64,000 bases of DNA, from assembly GCA_900540705.1 (NCBI GenBank), contig UQGR01000001.1, forward strand, positions 90,062 to 154,061, in the 5' to 3' direction. The notes below the pieces were generated by a model, which saw only the letters and a list, made by a program, of their open reading frames with translations, did no database searches and had not been told where the DNA came from. This DNA is from an uncultured Mollicutes bacterium (GTDB lineage: Bacteria > Bacillota_I > Bacilli_A > Acholeplasmatales > Anaeroplasmataceae). Made by a program: the position numbers and the translations under genes. Each line of letters starts with the position of its first letter. Positions within the stretch are counted from its first letter, which is position 1. This document shows, in pieces, positions 12,001 through 19,300 of this stretch.

Positions 12001-12888
12001 GGTAGGAGATTGATTTGATATTTCAGCCCATAATACCTCATACAGCTTGGCATTTGCCTTTTCTGTAGGAGTTAAATCTGAGATATCTCTCTGTTGGTAA
12101 TGATCAAAGGCTTCAATAGAACTTACGTTACCAGCATTATAAGCTCCTACACCATCCCACTTTAACCAGAAGTTGGTTGATTTGTCAGTGCTCCATGCAC
12201 CAGTTAAAGCCACATTAATATCAAATGGCTCACCAAACATAGATGCAAAGCAATCACTGGTTGGCTTTGTTTTTCCGCCATTCTGCATAACCTGAGCAAG
12301 AGAATAATTCATACCTGTTCCTGAGGAACCACGAGAGGTTCCAACAAAAGGCATCTTTAAATATTCAAGGTTCGCGAAACTATTTAAGGAACCTGTCGTC
12401 ACATATTTTACGGAATCAGGAATTACAATCGCTTTAATAAAATGATAGATTGTATAATTCTTCATTGGTTGATTACGTAAATCTACACCAACAACCTTAT
12501 CTCCAGTCGCATAGCTTTCAGGAATAACCAAGGATGGATGCTGGGTTAGATATTGAGCAAAGGAAACACTATTCCAATAAGAACTGGTCATATCAATACC
12601 TGTAAACCAACGTCCTGCAGTTTTCCCATCTGGCGCATCTGCTGCCGTATTATAAACCGTATACTTGAACAAGGTAGTATCGATTTGCTTATTCGTCTCT
12701 AGCAAAGCATCAAAATAAGCCTGGTCATACGTAGTTGTCGTACTATCCAAATTGGATTTGTTATCATCCTTATTTGGACTTACAGTCAAACTTAAAACTG
12801 TAATGACTAAAATCGAAGCCAATGCAATTGACCCAAATATAACCGATAGTAGTCGCCATTTTCCTTTCTGATTTAAATTTTTAAGCAT
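1..12888 (-). CDS. Giant BspA-type LRR cell-surface protein, partial (3' end beyond window; at least 4296 aa in-window). N-terminal signal peptide (MLKNLNQKGKWRLLSVIFGSIALASILVITVLSLTV), LRR region about 9430..12400 with 'PFVG...LFGWLFG' insertions, a 'GW..NNWN' cap near 9430..9600, then Ig-like 'YD[GR]' repeats (e.g. KVYDREPVNPVEDGK at about 6900..6980)
   Basis: I translated the minus strand by hand from ATG 12888 down to about 10680 and sampled at 9420-9690, 6900-7080 and 1-120. I found no stop codons and clear LRR consensus (e.g. LGNNAFANCVNLSRVNYPNA at about 10140..10200). The ORF track lists no complete ORF in this frame, which fits an ORF that runs off the window edge with no internal stop. 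Confidence 0.85.
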   Translation of the reverse strand, partial: MLKNLNQKGKWRLLSVIFGSIALASILVITVLSLTVSPNKDDNKSNLDSTTTTYDQAYFDALLETNKQIDTTLFKYTVYNTAADAPDGKTAGRWFTGIDMTSSYWNSVSFAQYLTQHPSLVIPESYATGDKVVGVDLRNQPMKNYTIYHFIKAIVIPDSVKYVTTGSLNSFANLEYLKMPFVGTSRGSSGTGMNYSLAQVMQNGGKTKPTSDCFASMFGEPFDINVALTGAWSTDKSTNFWLKWDGVGAYNAGNVSSIEAFDHYQQRDISDLTPTEKANAKLYEVLWAEISNQSPTFQYLIPRSLQWIIVTDDTKIGNNAFTGCTARHIEIPDFKSSSFAFGKMAFSECQELKEVILPTKMNVSFGEGTFNTCQSLEKLILPPALESIPTSFLYQAINLKELYMPASIKEINDGAFKDCQSLEKIVLYSGNSSAGITGDYEADLAAGQVLRSSYDFNFPAALTKIGKNAFENCQNLYDLSIPESVTSIGYSAFGGCTKLKKMVIPFVGAHSGNCTDKCQTDNMGARTEYHGLFGWLFGQQGGKEDFYSAEQSYSGGSFTFQIPNTLTDVTVRKETVLSTGCLQGLKSVVNLTINPEVGSNIATGCMNGMANLQSLQISSVGSHLGNLFYGAEFDGSLATSGSARVPGTLTTVSITNQPDVSGAVFHNCTKLENVEIGKNTLYMGSSIFYNNQNLTSLTIPFTGCERGEFYRPWWWWRDKAWRNSVQWLFSSTPHTGTYENNTFRYYDSYIRYIPQTLKSLTVTDETIIGTYSFRNFRSLESISITNLPSSIEEYSFYGCSGLQELTIPYIGHDLNKNGNAGSSHVLGYIFGHDAYGGSYGAYQYNTTFYIPNNLKSVKVGAPGRAEANMSNKVFDHAFAGCSSLTSVDFYDAYINILGNNAFANCVNLSRVNYPNASFTHAGNYAFYNCQKVQAIEDFTPDTLRTLGAYSFAGTSIGFKDPKHEIHLENFDSIGSYAFANCLQIEKVSLPARLGSNIGDGIFSGCQYLSDVNLEANKHVTKYMFQNCTSLEGIDFTGIFSIPEGIFSGCVNLLWDTEANHGFVYDESTSYIGPYAFKNCRSLEDFKFTQTLKTIDKGAFQGCTGIEYMTIPRETTTINPEGWIGCNDNFFFYVYEPEENWSKGWVNNWNCDYPVYVLGSIDDDVYTYVYDQTERKFYITGLTPNANLSGIITIPTTHNGIQVVGIDESRVTQEDADAGAKPIKSQVGISKVILPRSVTKIVGDPFATGARVDIYTELTRAEVTAIYNNSSATLEAEYIEWLKKNPLATDTEKENRRVNIFSKVKGWKPFEANPIDGVCYAVDGENSWDQRYWTSGGVLYYKDYWQYGTGVTYNVPYLKINTFKYTLSQHDNHYTSGPIIQNLVRVQLPGELFENEGLGIESNIMFIEDFYTTVFTTAYSNNVNVGTATINVGVDNDALREYNRQLAEETFDTEHPLLFTGTTVLHYTIAKSLIEVHAVSGFLVEKEYDGEVYSYNTWLSSQILGLEGFTNAVFTGTLRTPSANAGLYASNTLIWSTPWKVTLRGADISNNFELVVTYMVKITPMDVEIVWTKYNQPINGVYQLVDVDPNPYTDDNGTKLPLVYYPYIGGNIQPYAVAKKINGGTYVPNCTIVTAHQDPSQVGTYPYGANGTYGTYLIYAYISPSQANNYKLKARNEDGSLYTPTVVLGPSNVIEGVRAAYRVTKGRINITFDTTYTIGPKEDYWAHTWGVDPKAKPTDPDHPNNDRTYMVGLGANSRFVGTLATSGDAKLPYTLDSKTSGHLFNETAESYLTWKDVSFYYQNGSFVVNYTASAAKPFCIYNPTLGLSDETEYYDVVVNGRIQIEYNKFNLTYFIGVDDQDYDSLRNPDYIVHPTTMEEVNDGNIRYYEFVQYEVDGQWYKLSVEDWTAYMNNYPEYKVRYYKDDGSSFGDDYPTFQEINEYVFAVQISGRHFDTELKNIRIKTVKSNVRVGDLSKVYDREPVNPVEDGKILKIGQDQLLNLTFTYYDARGNELSEAPANVGNYSVRIYAPEGQYFNEYNELHYFEISKRRLNITISGSKVFDRDPYTFTPLTTDLVRTDENPDEGLLPGDEFTGMVQTSDFIPGIYSSDRTGTFSFIWSPKWTIYYDVDNSIVSDNYLLVFTAEYEILPLEFRYNATGYEGDYDGNFHTGTVDVLYPSGADYYPAFTPDYEVFYSTSSLSANSSGWLEKAPVFADPGEYKLYYMIRAEYFKTVIDYVTIKINPLIIVYEDPATLDTDGQDDYWTVQYTSMSHTYEINVLSPKFSAVVYYSLDGSNWTTEAPLFIDYGEYDVYYRIEAPYHETVGPVHRIVRIKINLDDEDPEGTGKEFEDTDYTISFFRGEYDGQPHSLEAAFTNPDAFDWTNILYSVDNRKTWTKEKPSYTELGKYLVSVKFAAAGYKDLVIQGYIEITGMLLDVEPVPYEGVFDGEYHMVGLRAKTGTLRYDADAKIYYYDNGRGTGEVALKFSYTTNPNLTNGTSGWLPTVAVVDGVAQVRGFKDVGTYAVYVMLEAENFETEIFDEYTTLTITKLLNPAISMDSPQLFMYSKAPLDGSKIVIDTVADGARAYYYYSAYKVGAEYKYDEPMNRINPPQELGVYYVEIRVAASKNCGPCSVTGYIEIVPRVLEIQYTNPQYYDGTLKTPEAYVETGTSDIIHVITSVQGNRQPIEVGTYIFDVFMVENNPNYVLASNTIEMEIRKRNVLFALEEEHLLKDAYEPWVETDSEYYDKSAQCGDNKWHLLGDLSGTRTVYIDGEEKTVTYSGLANNHILYAELETNKGVRGSYFYSTISNEFYINRVQVKDFNIYQGDANGNYVLDDNDEKISVLEYYDVDYDLLITLVNPDVDLDDVLILDEYDYDGLAHTIQISLPGYLNGGFVRYENNGNYGSVPPKYINVGEYKINYMVGANGFEDTYGTATLKIRPAELSILVGDMYKVGDETKTKHDIYDDTPHINPYELKNILSSPMPKATHMKYYDASVYTYDEILKLYQAFDAESEIYADGLDRLVEAGNYFCVVYYAEDVLRWKTSYAIVNVELKPRDIFITIHETNDYVKTYDGTKISIPLTNAEIDTTNTATSGLVLGHTLDTSANAKKFYTVQTNSADAGVYDLKTQFEFGAIDIRTSSGKMVNSKNYHPVILGNFHVEILKAYLRDGDFTVEDYKEKVYDGYRHEPDYTCISDGELIIKYYDYDGETGNKTPLLGDQKNAGLYLLEVSVGEGKNYHSLFDSYSTFDADGNRYFSKEFLEAKILCHKLEVEVQWEAEEQTFTGSKLDIKPYIIDNETDHENATRVDLLPKYWDNVNFDWVDTVINAGNYLTLAGFDTTTLAGQTYDRNYTLTNTDSLFTILMLELRIQLGDGGASNTITYYNTQTPWRTNLFKTNTAGAAEILSDTDFIKNWIPTITISSLADESQPAYVVAKDYRPGTYKGDQFDISCVIRNKDGVEITDSINFEIIGTVIVKSDEIDFEVKDVTLPYKEVKNSSVIGYTFNELQCLTVKNPKSGYTVSGFEVNGVSYGAQFPNLSQAGEYEIDFDVIAPGYTAVRGHVNVTITQFPAYMTFNRNLGKVYDGSPVDVSKLIATSASGFNGSVSDLVFTYTEFVYDNGTYNEVQLDSAPTDVGRYKVHIVSSKDEPDATNLNYTTLDVTQEFSITAKQVNLVIDEDKEIMNDESLGKPWDSGLIQLNSGKNPGISSGDLLQYQITTDSFERGEFTASQILKYIEGSDKHNGSSVKTFTTESGKQFTIAWRFVQTDDKGNIIYNEVINPDYNPTDSSTGDETIQMVVDQSKNYLINLTFKMKVHYPYIPVEIEGYEGVYDGEEHSGTIEFSDYTSADNKYSFSADWFRTNATQMYARSQQNIDNGIDVYSDINDFKFADPGSYTIYYKIMVGPGVADIKFEPYIGSYVIQIDRLERTVTTEPMGKEYDTLPAGVIKGGTIDRYFPDFTVTHADENIPDDYTIDQIEIVYKQAGSTTAISSEEGCIRSGAYVYTMRIPQTKYYKESVVQENFVISKVKIYIEDAAIGGPVYAYDGWVKNVPVTENTTRYQIGTRTDKDAPLDLLANQGLTFNATLVTRGNHIGTYKGIDDTLTLLNYEFTVVDLTGEDVSVNYLVDIKGATITIDPIDIQYKINHPEHIYDNQFHEFSFLVSNPSDMSLVTVEWFDDFTGQWTTTPIKKRDVGEYKVTIRLSSSNYKSVELELPMTIVRAQTVIEYVSSLNRVYDGNEVTMPEIIKTNRDQAGEGNIKDRYTYKYYGKDDQGNFLPQPMYTQYYDEDKGQVIGSGD

Positions 12889-12897
12889 AAGAAATCA

Positions 12898-12903
12898 TCC
12901 TTT
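12898..12903 (-). promoter_or_regulatory. Putative RBS (AAAGGA) 9 nt upstream of the gene B ATG
   Basis: Minus-strand sequence ...TAATAAGAAAGGATGATTTCTTATGCTTAAA. Confidence 0.4.
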
Positions 12904-12988
12904 CTTATTATTTTTGTCCGTCAAAAAATATATATAAAATGTTCATTGTTTTTCAAATACTAGATTTTTGGCACACTAGTCCATCGTC

Positions 12989-13017
12989 ATTATACCTCTA
13001 TTTGTAAATAAATTCAA
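12989..13017 (-). promoter_or_regulatory. Sigma-A-type promoter for gene B: -35 TTGAAT (13017..13012), 17-nt spacer, -10 TATAAT (12994..12989)
   Basis: Minus-strand read: TTGTTGAATTTATTTACAAATAGAGGTATAATGACG. Perfect -10 hexamer, 4/6 -35, optimal spacing, about 100 nt upstream of ATG 12888 and downstream of the gene A terminator. Confidence 0.5.
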
Positions 13018-13310
13018 CAAAATAAGTCCTTTTTTTTATACATTTCTTGCTTTTTTCGCCTATTTTTAAGGTTTTTTCTAAAAAATATGATGAAAAAAAT
13101 TTATCTTGTAAAAACGCTTGCAGATAGGGGATATTTTATTAGATTTAGGATTTAAAGAAAAACTCCCTACTTCTTCTGTCGAGGATGCAGGCGATTTAAT
13201 AATTATATCTTTAGAATCAATATTTGGAAATAATTGGGAAATGCATTATCTTTTTTATTGATCAACTTTTTTTATAAGCCTTCTATGCTCAATTAGATAT
13301 TTTGTAGTAT

Positions 13311-13348
13311 ACAAAAAAAACAGCCCTATTCTTTACGAATAGGACTAT
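13311..13348 (-). terminator. Rho-independent terminator of gene A
   Basis: Immediately after stop TAA (13357..13355), the minus strand reads AGUCCUAUUC-GUAAA-GAAUAGGGCU (10-bp stem) followed by GUUUUUUUU. Confidence 0.75.
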
Positions 13349-13354
13349 TTCTTT

Positions 13355-16300
13355 TTAGATACGATTTAGCATTTCAACTAGATCGCTGTTTGTAACAAGA
13401 CCATCATTATCCATATCTGCAGCTGCATAATACTCATAAGATAGGTTACCCATTCCAGAAACGAAGTTCTGTAATTGCATGAAGTCTGGCGTGATTACCA
13501 TACCATCACCATCTAAGTCACCATTTACAGCAACATAGATGATATCCTTCGTTGCAGCACCTTCCTTAAGTAGGATGCGGTAGCCTGTTCCAATATAGGT
13601 TGTAGCAAATGCATTGGCATTAACCTTTGCATTTCTATTGTTGTATACTAGTACAGACTGACCTTCCTGAAGATTGAAATTATTCAAGAAGTCTTGGATT
13701 GTAGTTTGTTCTTCTACATTTCTTACAACAACTCTCTGAGAAGACTTATAAACCTTATGTGGATCCTTAACTAAGGTTGTTGCATTCTTTGCAACTAGGA
13801 ATTCATAATTAGAATCCTCCTTGATTGTGAATACGGTAAGCTTAATCTTGAAGGTAATCTCAAGTTCGCCTGTATAGTTTCCACAACCTGTTACACGAAT
13901 GATGGCATTAGAACTTGCTTCTACGTTATTTTCATAAGTAACAGTGTAGTCCTTACCTAATACAAGTGTCTTTCCAAAGAAGGAAATTGTTGGAGTAGGT
14001 GTAATTGCCTTACCTGTGTAATTTTGATCCTTAATCTCACTAACCTTTGCAGAAGATATATCTGCTGCAGTAACTCTAACTGTAACATGAGCATCCTCTG
14101 TGCTGGTTGTGGTTGAGCCATCCTCTAATACGATTCTCCACTTATAGTTATCCTTGTCATTTAATACAAGAGTTACATCATAAGTACCTACATTTAAGAC
14201 AGTAGACTGACTAGGTGTATAGAAGTCATTGTAATCAAGGGAGATTTCACGACCAGTAAATTCTCTTACGATTTCCTCTGGTACATCTATTACACGATAA
14301 TCAATAGAATAAGCGAAGGTTGGGTTCACAAGTTTATAGTTCGTATTTGTTGTTGTTGCTGTAGCTGTATAAAGACCACGGTTGATAGATTCATCATTTG
14401 CAGTTACGACTACATCGATTGGATCCTTTAAGGATACTAATACATATGCCTTAGGCATTTGAACTAAGCCATTATAGAAGAATAAATTAGAAGACCATGT
14501 TAGAGTGATTTCTCTTACGGATATTTCAAATTCAAATTCCTTAGAAATAGCTAAGTAGTTTGTACCTTCTGCAATCTCTATTAGAACCTTATACTTACCA
14601 ACTGTAATTGCACCTTCTACTTCTTCATATTCACCTGAAGCATTTTGCTTGAACCAGTGATATGCGGCAACACCATCAGTATTAGAACTATATAGAGGCT
14701 CTTTTACTGCGAAACCATCATAATCCTTAGATAAATCTTCAGAAACAACGATTTCATTAGCATCAATCTTATGGATTGTAACCTCAGCTGAACCTTCTAC
14801 CTCTTCAAAGTTAGCAAAGACAACCTTATAGTAAATTGTATATGTTCCACAATCGCTATAGCGAATTGGACTCAATTGATAATTCTTACCATCAGCACTA
14901 TATAGAACCTGATACTGAACAGAAACGCCCTCTTCTAATACAGGTCTTGGATTGATTGTATAGGCCTGACCAGTATAATCAACCTCATAGCTGTTGCAAG
15001 TAACCTCAATCTTAGCTGGCTTAATGTATACATTCATAAATACATCTACGATGTAATTCTTAGTGATATCCTGACCATGTTCATCTCTAACAATCAAATC
15101 AGAAATATCAAAATGATTGTTATTGATATAGGTACCCTGGTTACCAGTAATTGTATGAATCATACCCTCAACTGTTAAGCCTGGTCTTGGATCCTGTACT
15201 AAGCTTACACCATTGACATTGTAGAATGCAAATTCACCTTCGCCAATCCACTCCTTGATGATTTCTGCCTTTAGAATTGAGAAGTTACTTGCATCAATAC
15301 TGAAGCGTTCACCATCATAATTCTTCATGAATTCAGCAGATAAATCACCGAAGAAGATATGCTTCTTTAATACTTGAATTGTATAATGCTTAGAATCATA
15401 TGCTTTGTAATTATCACTTTCAGAAACATGGAATTGAACTGTATACTCACCAGAATCTATGATGGATGAAACTGCACCATCTGCATTATAGAAGGAGTAG
15501 CTTACTGCCCCATTTCCAATTACCTCATAAAGGATGTCGGCAAAGACCTTAGAATCGGTTTGCTTAGCAGCGATGGTCAACGCTGTACCATCATATACCT
15601 TAGTAAAGTCATACTGGGCATCAGCCATATTATTTACCTTGATATCACTTTCAGCCTTTTCTATCTCAAAGTCAAATGTCTTATGAGTTTCTGCATAGTT
15701 TGCAGATTGACATACGACAACCTCTATCTGATATCTACCAGCATTCACTGGTGCATATCCTAAGTAAGAGCCATCCTGATAATAGTTGATAAATACAGTT
15801 AGACCAAGCTCATCAAACTCTGGTGTATTATATTGTGTACCGAAGATGGAAAGCTCTGGGAAGATTTGAACTCCGTCATAGATCTTATCCAGTTCATTTA
15901 TCAACTCAATTTCATAATTCTTTCTCTTGATGGTAATGGTTAAGGTATCCCTTACCGTTTCATGTCCCTCTAGGATAATTTCATAGTCAAGCTTGTATAC
16001 TCCTGCCTCAACATATTCTAACACTTCCATCAAAACAATACAGTTATCAGGATCTGTCAATACAATTAATTCAGGAACTAAAGCCTCACCATCATATTCT
16101 TTTTCATATTGGTAATGGTTATTGACTAAGGTAGCATCCTTAAATTCATACTCAATTCTTGGAAGGTGAACCTCAAGATACATACTATAGTTAATGTTGA
16201 AGCAAGAAGTAACATCCTCACCATCCATAAGGATAGCAAGATTTGTAACAACTACATCACCAATACTATCATAAATCATACCACGAATACGCTTTTCAGC

Positions 16301-19300
16301 TGGCAGATAGAATTCAAATAAAATCGTATGATTTTCAAGTAAATCTTCTACCTCATCTACCACTACCTCATAGTTATGCTCTGTATCAGCTAATACATCA
16401 ACATCAGCATAGCTTAGGTTGAAGGTATAAGGCTTAATTGTATAGGTGTAGGTGTCATTTAAGGTTCCGAAATTTGGATATCCCTCTGGAAGCTTAGCAG
16501 TAGCTGTATAGGTTCCTGCTAAAATAGAACCATCTTCAACCTCAACAATTAATTCAATCCGATTGCCATCTAAATCTGTAGTGAATGCACTTGGCGTTTG
16601 AACAGTACCATTATAGATGTACTGATCTTCTACCTCCCACTCAACATATAATTCAGTAGCTGCAATCTCAAATTCAAATTCTTTTTCTGTCGTTAAATAG
16701 TATTCATTTCCTTCAACACAGATTACAACCAAATATTTACCAACCTCTGATGGATTAGAAATTGGAGTATCTAAATCATCTAGACTATAGAAAGTAAATG
16801 TCGTATTTTCTGCGGTTGAAGCTACAGAAGAAATCACAATTGGATTTAATACTGCATCACCTGTATACTGTTGCTTTAAGTAGCTAGATAGAATCTCAAT
16901 ATTCATATAGTTTCTTTCAATTTCATATTCAAATGTCTCGATGAAGCCATAATAATTTTGAGTATCTTCTACTGTTATTTCAACTGTATAAACACCAATT
17001 TCAAACGTAGATAATGTCTGAACACCATTCTTGTAGAACTTAATCTTAGAAGGTGCAGAAATAGGAGAAATACTATACTCAATCGCAATATCCTTACCAT
17101 CAAACTTCTTACCATGCATTGCATCTGGATTTGTAAACTCAATGGATAATTGAATTGGACGAATCACAAAATGAATGGTTCCGGTAGTCATTTCATAGTT
17201 AGGAGCTGTAATGATATATGTAATCTCTAAATCTACTGCGGAACGATAATCAAATGGAGTTACAGAGGTTGCATTATTTGCACGATAGGATACTTGAGCA
17301 CCAGGAACGTCTGTTAAAACGACTGCCTTATGCATTAATGCATCGTAATCGTAAGAAACCTCCCATACACCATCAACTAACGTACCATCTAAAACCGTAT
17401 GCTCAATTAGTGGGTTGGTAATAACAATATTAAACTGATATGTTAAATCAAAGTTGCTTAATACACTTTGACCTTCTGCATTTAGAATATCAACACCCTC
17501 CGCAACTAGATGTGTACCAAATCTATTGTATACACCAACGGTAGCTGCAGTTGTTGTCACATATCCAACAAAATACATACCCTCTGGTAGAAGCTCGTTA
17601 AAGTCGCTTAACTCCTTGCGGTAGTTTTCGCCTGTTATAGCCATACGCTCAGAATGTGCAAGCTTTATCTTTCTATTGATGATTCTATAGGACTTAGAAG
17701 TAATGTTTAGACTATAGTTGCCAGACTCATCATCTAAGGACAGATTAACCATCTGATTACCTACAGAACTGCCATCATATCCCTCTGCAGGGGTTGTAAT
17801 AATTCGATAGATTCCTTCATTGTCTCCAGTTACAGAGAAGCTTGGAGCTACAAAGGAGCCAGTATACTCAAGAGTAGATGAACCACTTTCCACATTTAAT
17901 ACCTTAGTTTCAATTGTGAATTCAAACATACCCTCAAAGCTTAAGGAATTGCTGTTCTCCTCTAAGAATACACGTACCTTATATTCACCAGCATTGGTAG
18001 GAGCTGTTGGCAGCTCTACGCCAGCCTTAGTAAAGTAAGTAAATTCAGGAAGAGAATCAGAGGTTGTAAGTACCTTTGGATCAGCATAAGGAATACCATC
18101 GTATACCTTATCCTTTGCCTCTACAGTTACCTGAGGAGTCGTCTTTAGAATCTTCACTGTCATATCATAGGTGATATTGAAGTTCGCTAAACTAATTTCC
18201 TTACTCTCTAGGTAGATATGGAAGGCCTCCTTAGACATTACAATATTTCCTGCAGCGTAAGTATAGGTTGCATCTGCAACATTTGGAACTACACCAAACT
18301 TGAATTCTACATCAAGCTGCTGGTCAGCAAACATCGTAGAATATTCACCCTCATAGATATTTACCTTGTTGTAAATTCTTTCCTCATTGAACTCAATCGT
18401 AAAGTCGAATTTAGAAATAGTAAATTCAACATAGGATACAACTTCTCTATAGTTGTCATCACTATCTAATACAACCTTCAATAGCCAATTGCCGGCATTG
18501 ACAGCTGTACTATATCCTAAAATACTATAACGGTCTAGGAATGGTAGCTGTGCTAATTCTTCAGCCGTCAAATCTGTACGTTCAGGATGGAAGCTGATTC
18601 TTGGTTCAGCTGTACTACCTGTAACCGTAACCTCAGGCAGAACTGGTAAAGCATCATAAATCTTGCTTAAGGAATCGCGATTTACAACGGTAATCGTTGA
18701 GGAAGCCTTAGCAATCTTCACAGTCATCGTACCATGAACTGGCTTATAATAATCACAAGTTACAATGTAATATAGCATGTAGGTTCCTGCTTCTGTCCAA
18801 TTGCTTGGAACATTACATAAACCACCATGTACTCCAATCCAGGTTTCACCATCATAGCTATACTGGATGAAGGCATCCGCACGCTTTGCATCAATAACGA
18901 AGTTGTGGATATCGCCTGGAGTATAAACAGCTGTAAACTCACCTTCAAAGTAATTTGTACCCTCAATTAACTCCTTACGAGTCAAGTTGAATTCAGATGG
19001 TGCTGTGTCCTCAATCGTAACATCTAAGTTCGGATAAATTACTTCAATAGCCTCGCTCAATACTAAGCGATAGTTATTTGTAGTATAAATCTTCGTCGTC
19101 TGATTTTGGAACAAGTCCTCACCATCGATTGTACCCACTAGCTTTAATAATGCACTTGTATAGTCATAGAAGCCCTTTACATTAGGTACTGTGAAGAATA
19201 AATCTAAGTAATGTGTTGCATAAACAATATTATTCTTTGTTACATCCACATTACCACGGAAGCGATAGGATAGCTCTGTGATGCCATGCTTGTATTCAAG

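Noticed and set aside
1-12888. Possibility that the first 12.9 kb is non-coding, a pseudogene, or uses an alternative genetic code, because the ORF track lists no long ORF there
   Set aside because: Hand translation of the minus strand shows a continuous stop-free LRR protein starting at ATG 12888. The ORF track simply omits ORFs that lack a stop inside the window, and the standard code works throughout.
13087-13152. 21-codon plus-strand ORF (MMKKIYLVKTLADRGYFIRFRI) in the A-B intergenic spacer
   Set aside because: It has no convincing RBS and lies on the strand opposite the terminator and promoter pair. Most likely chance.
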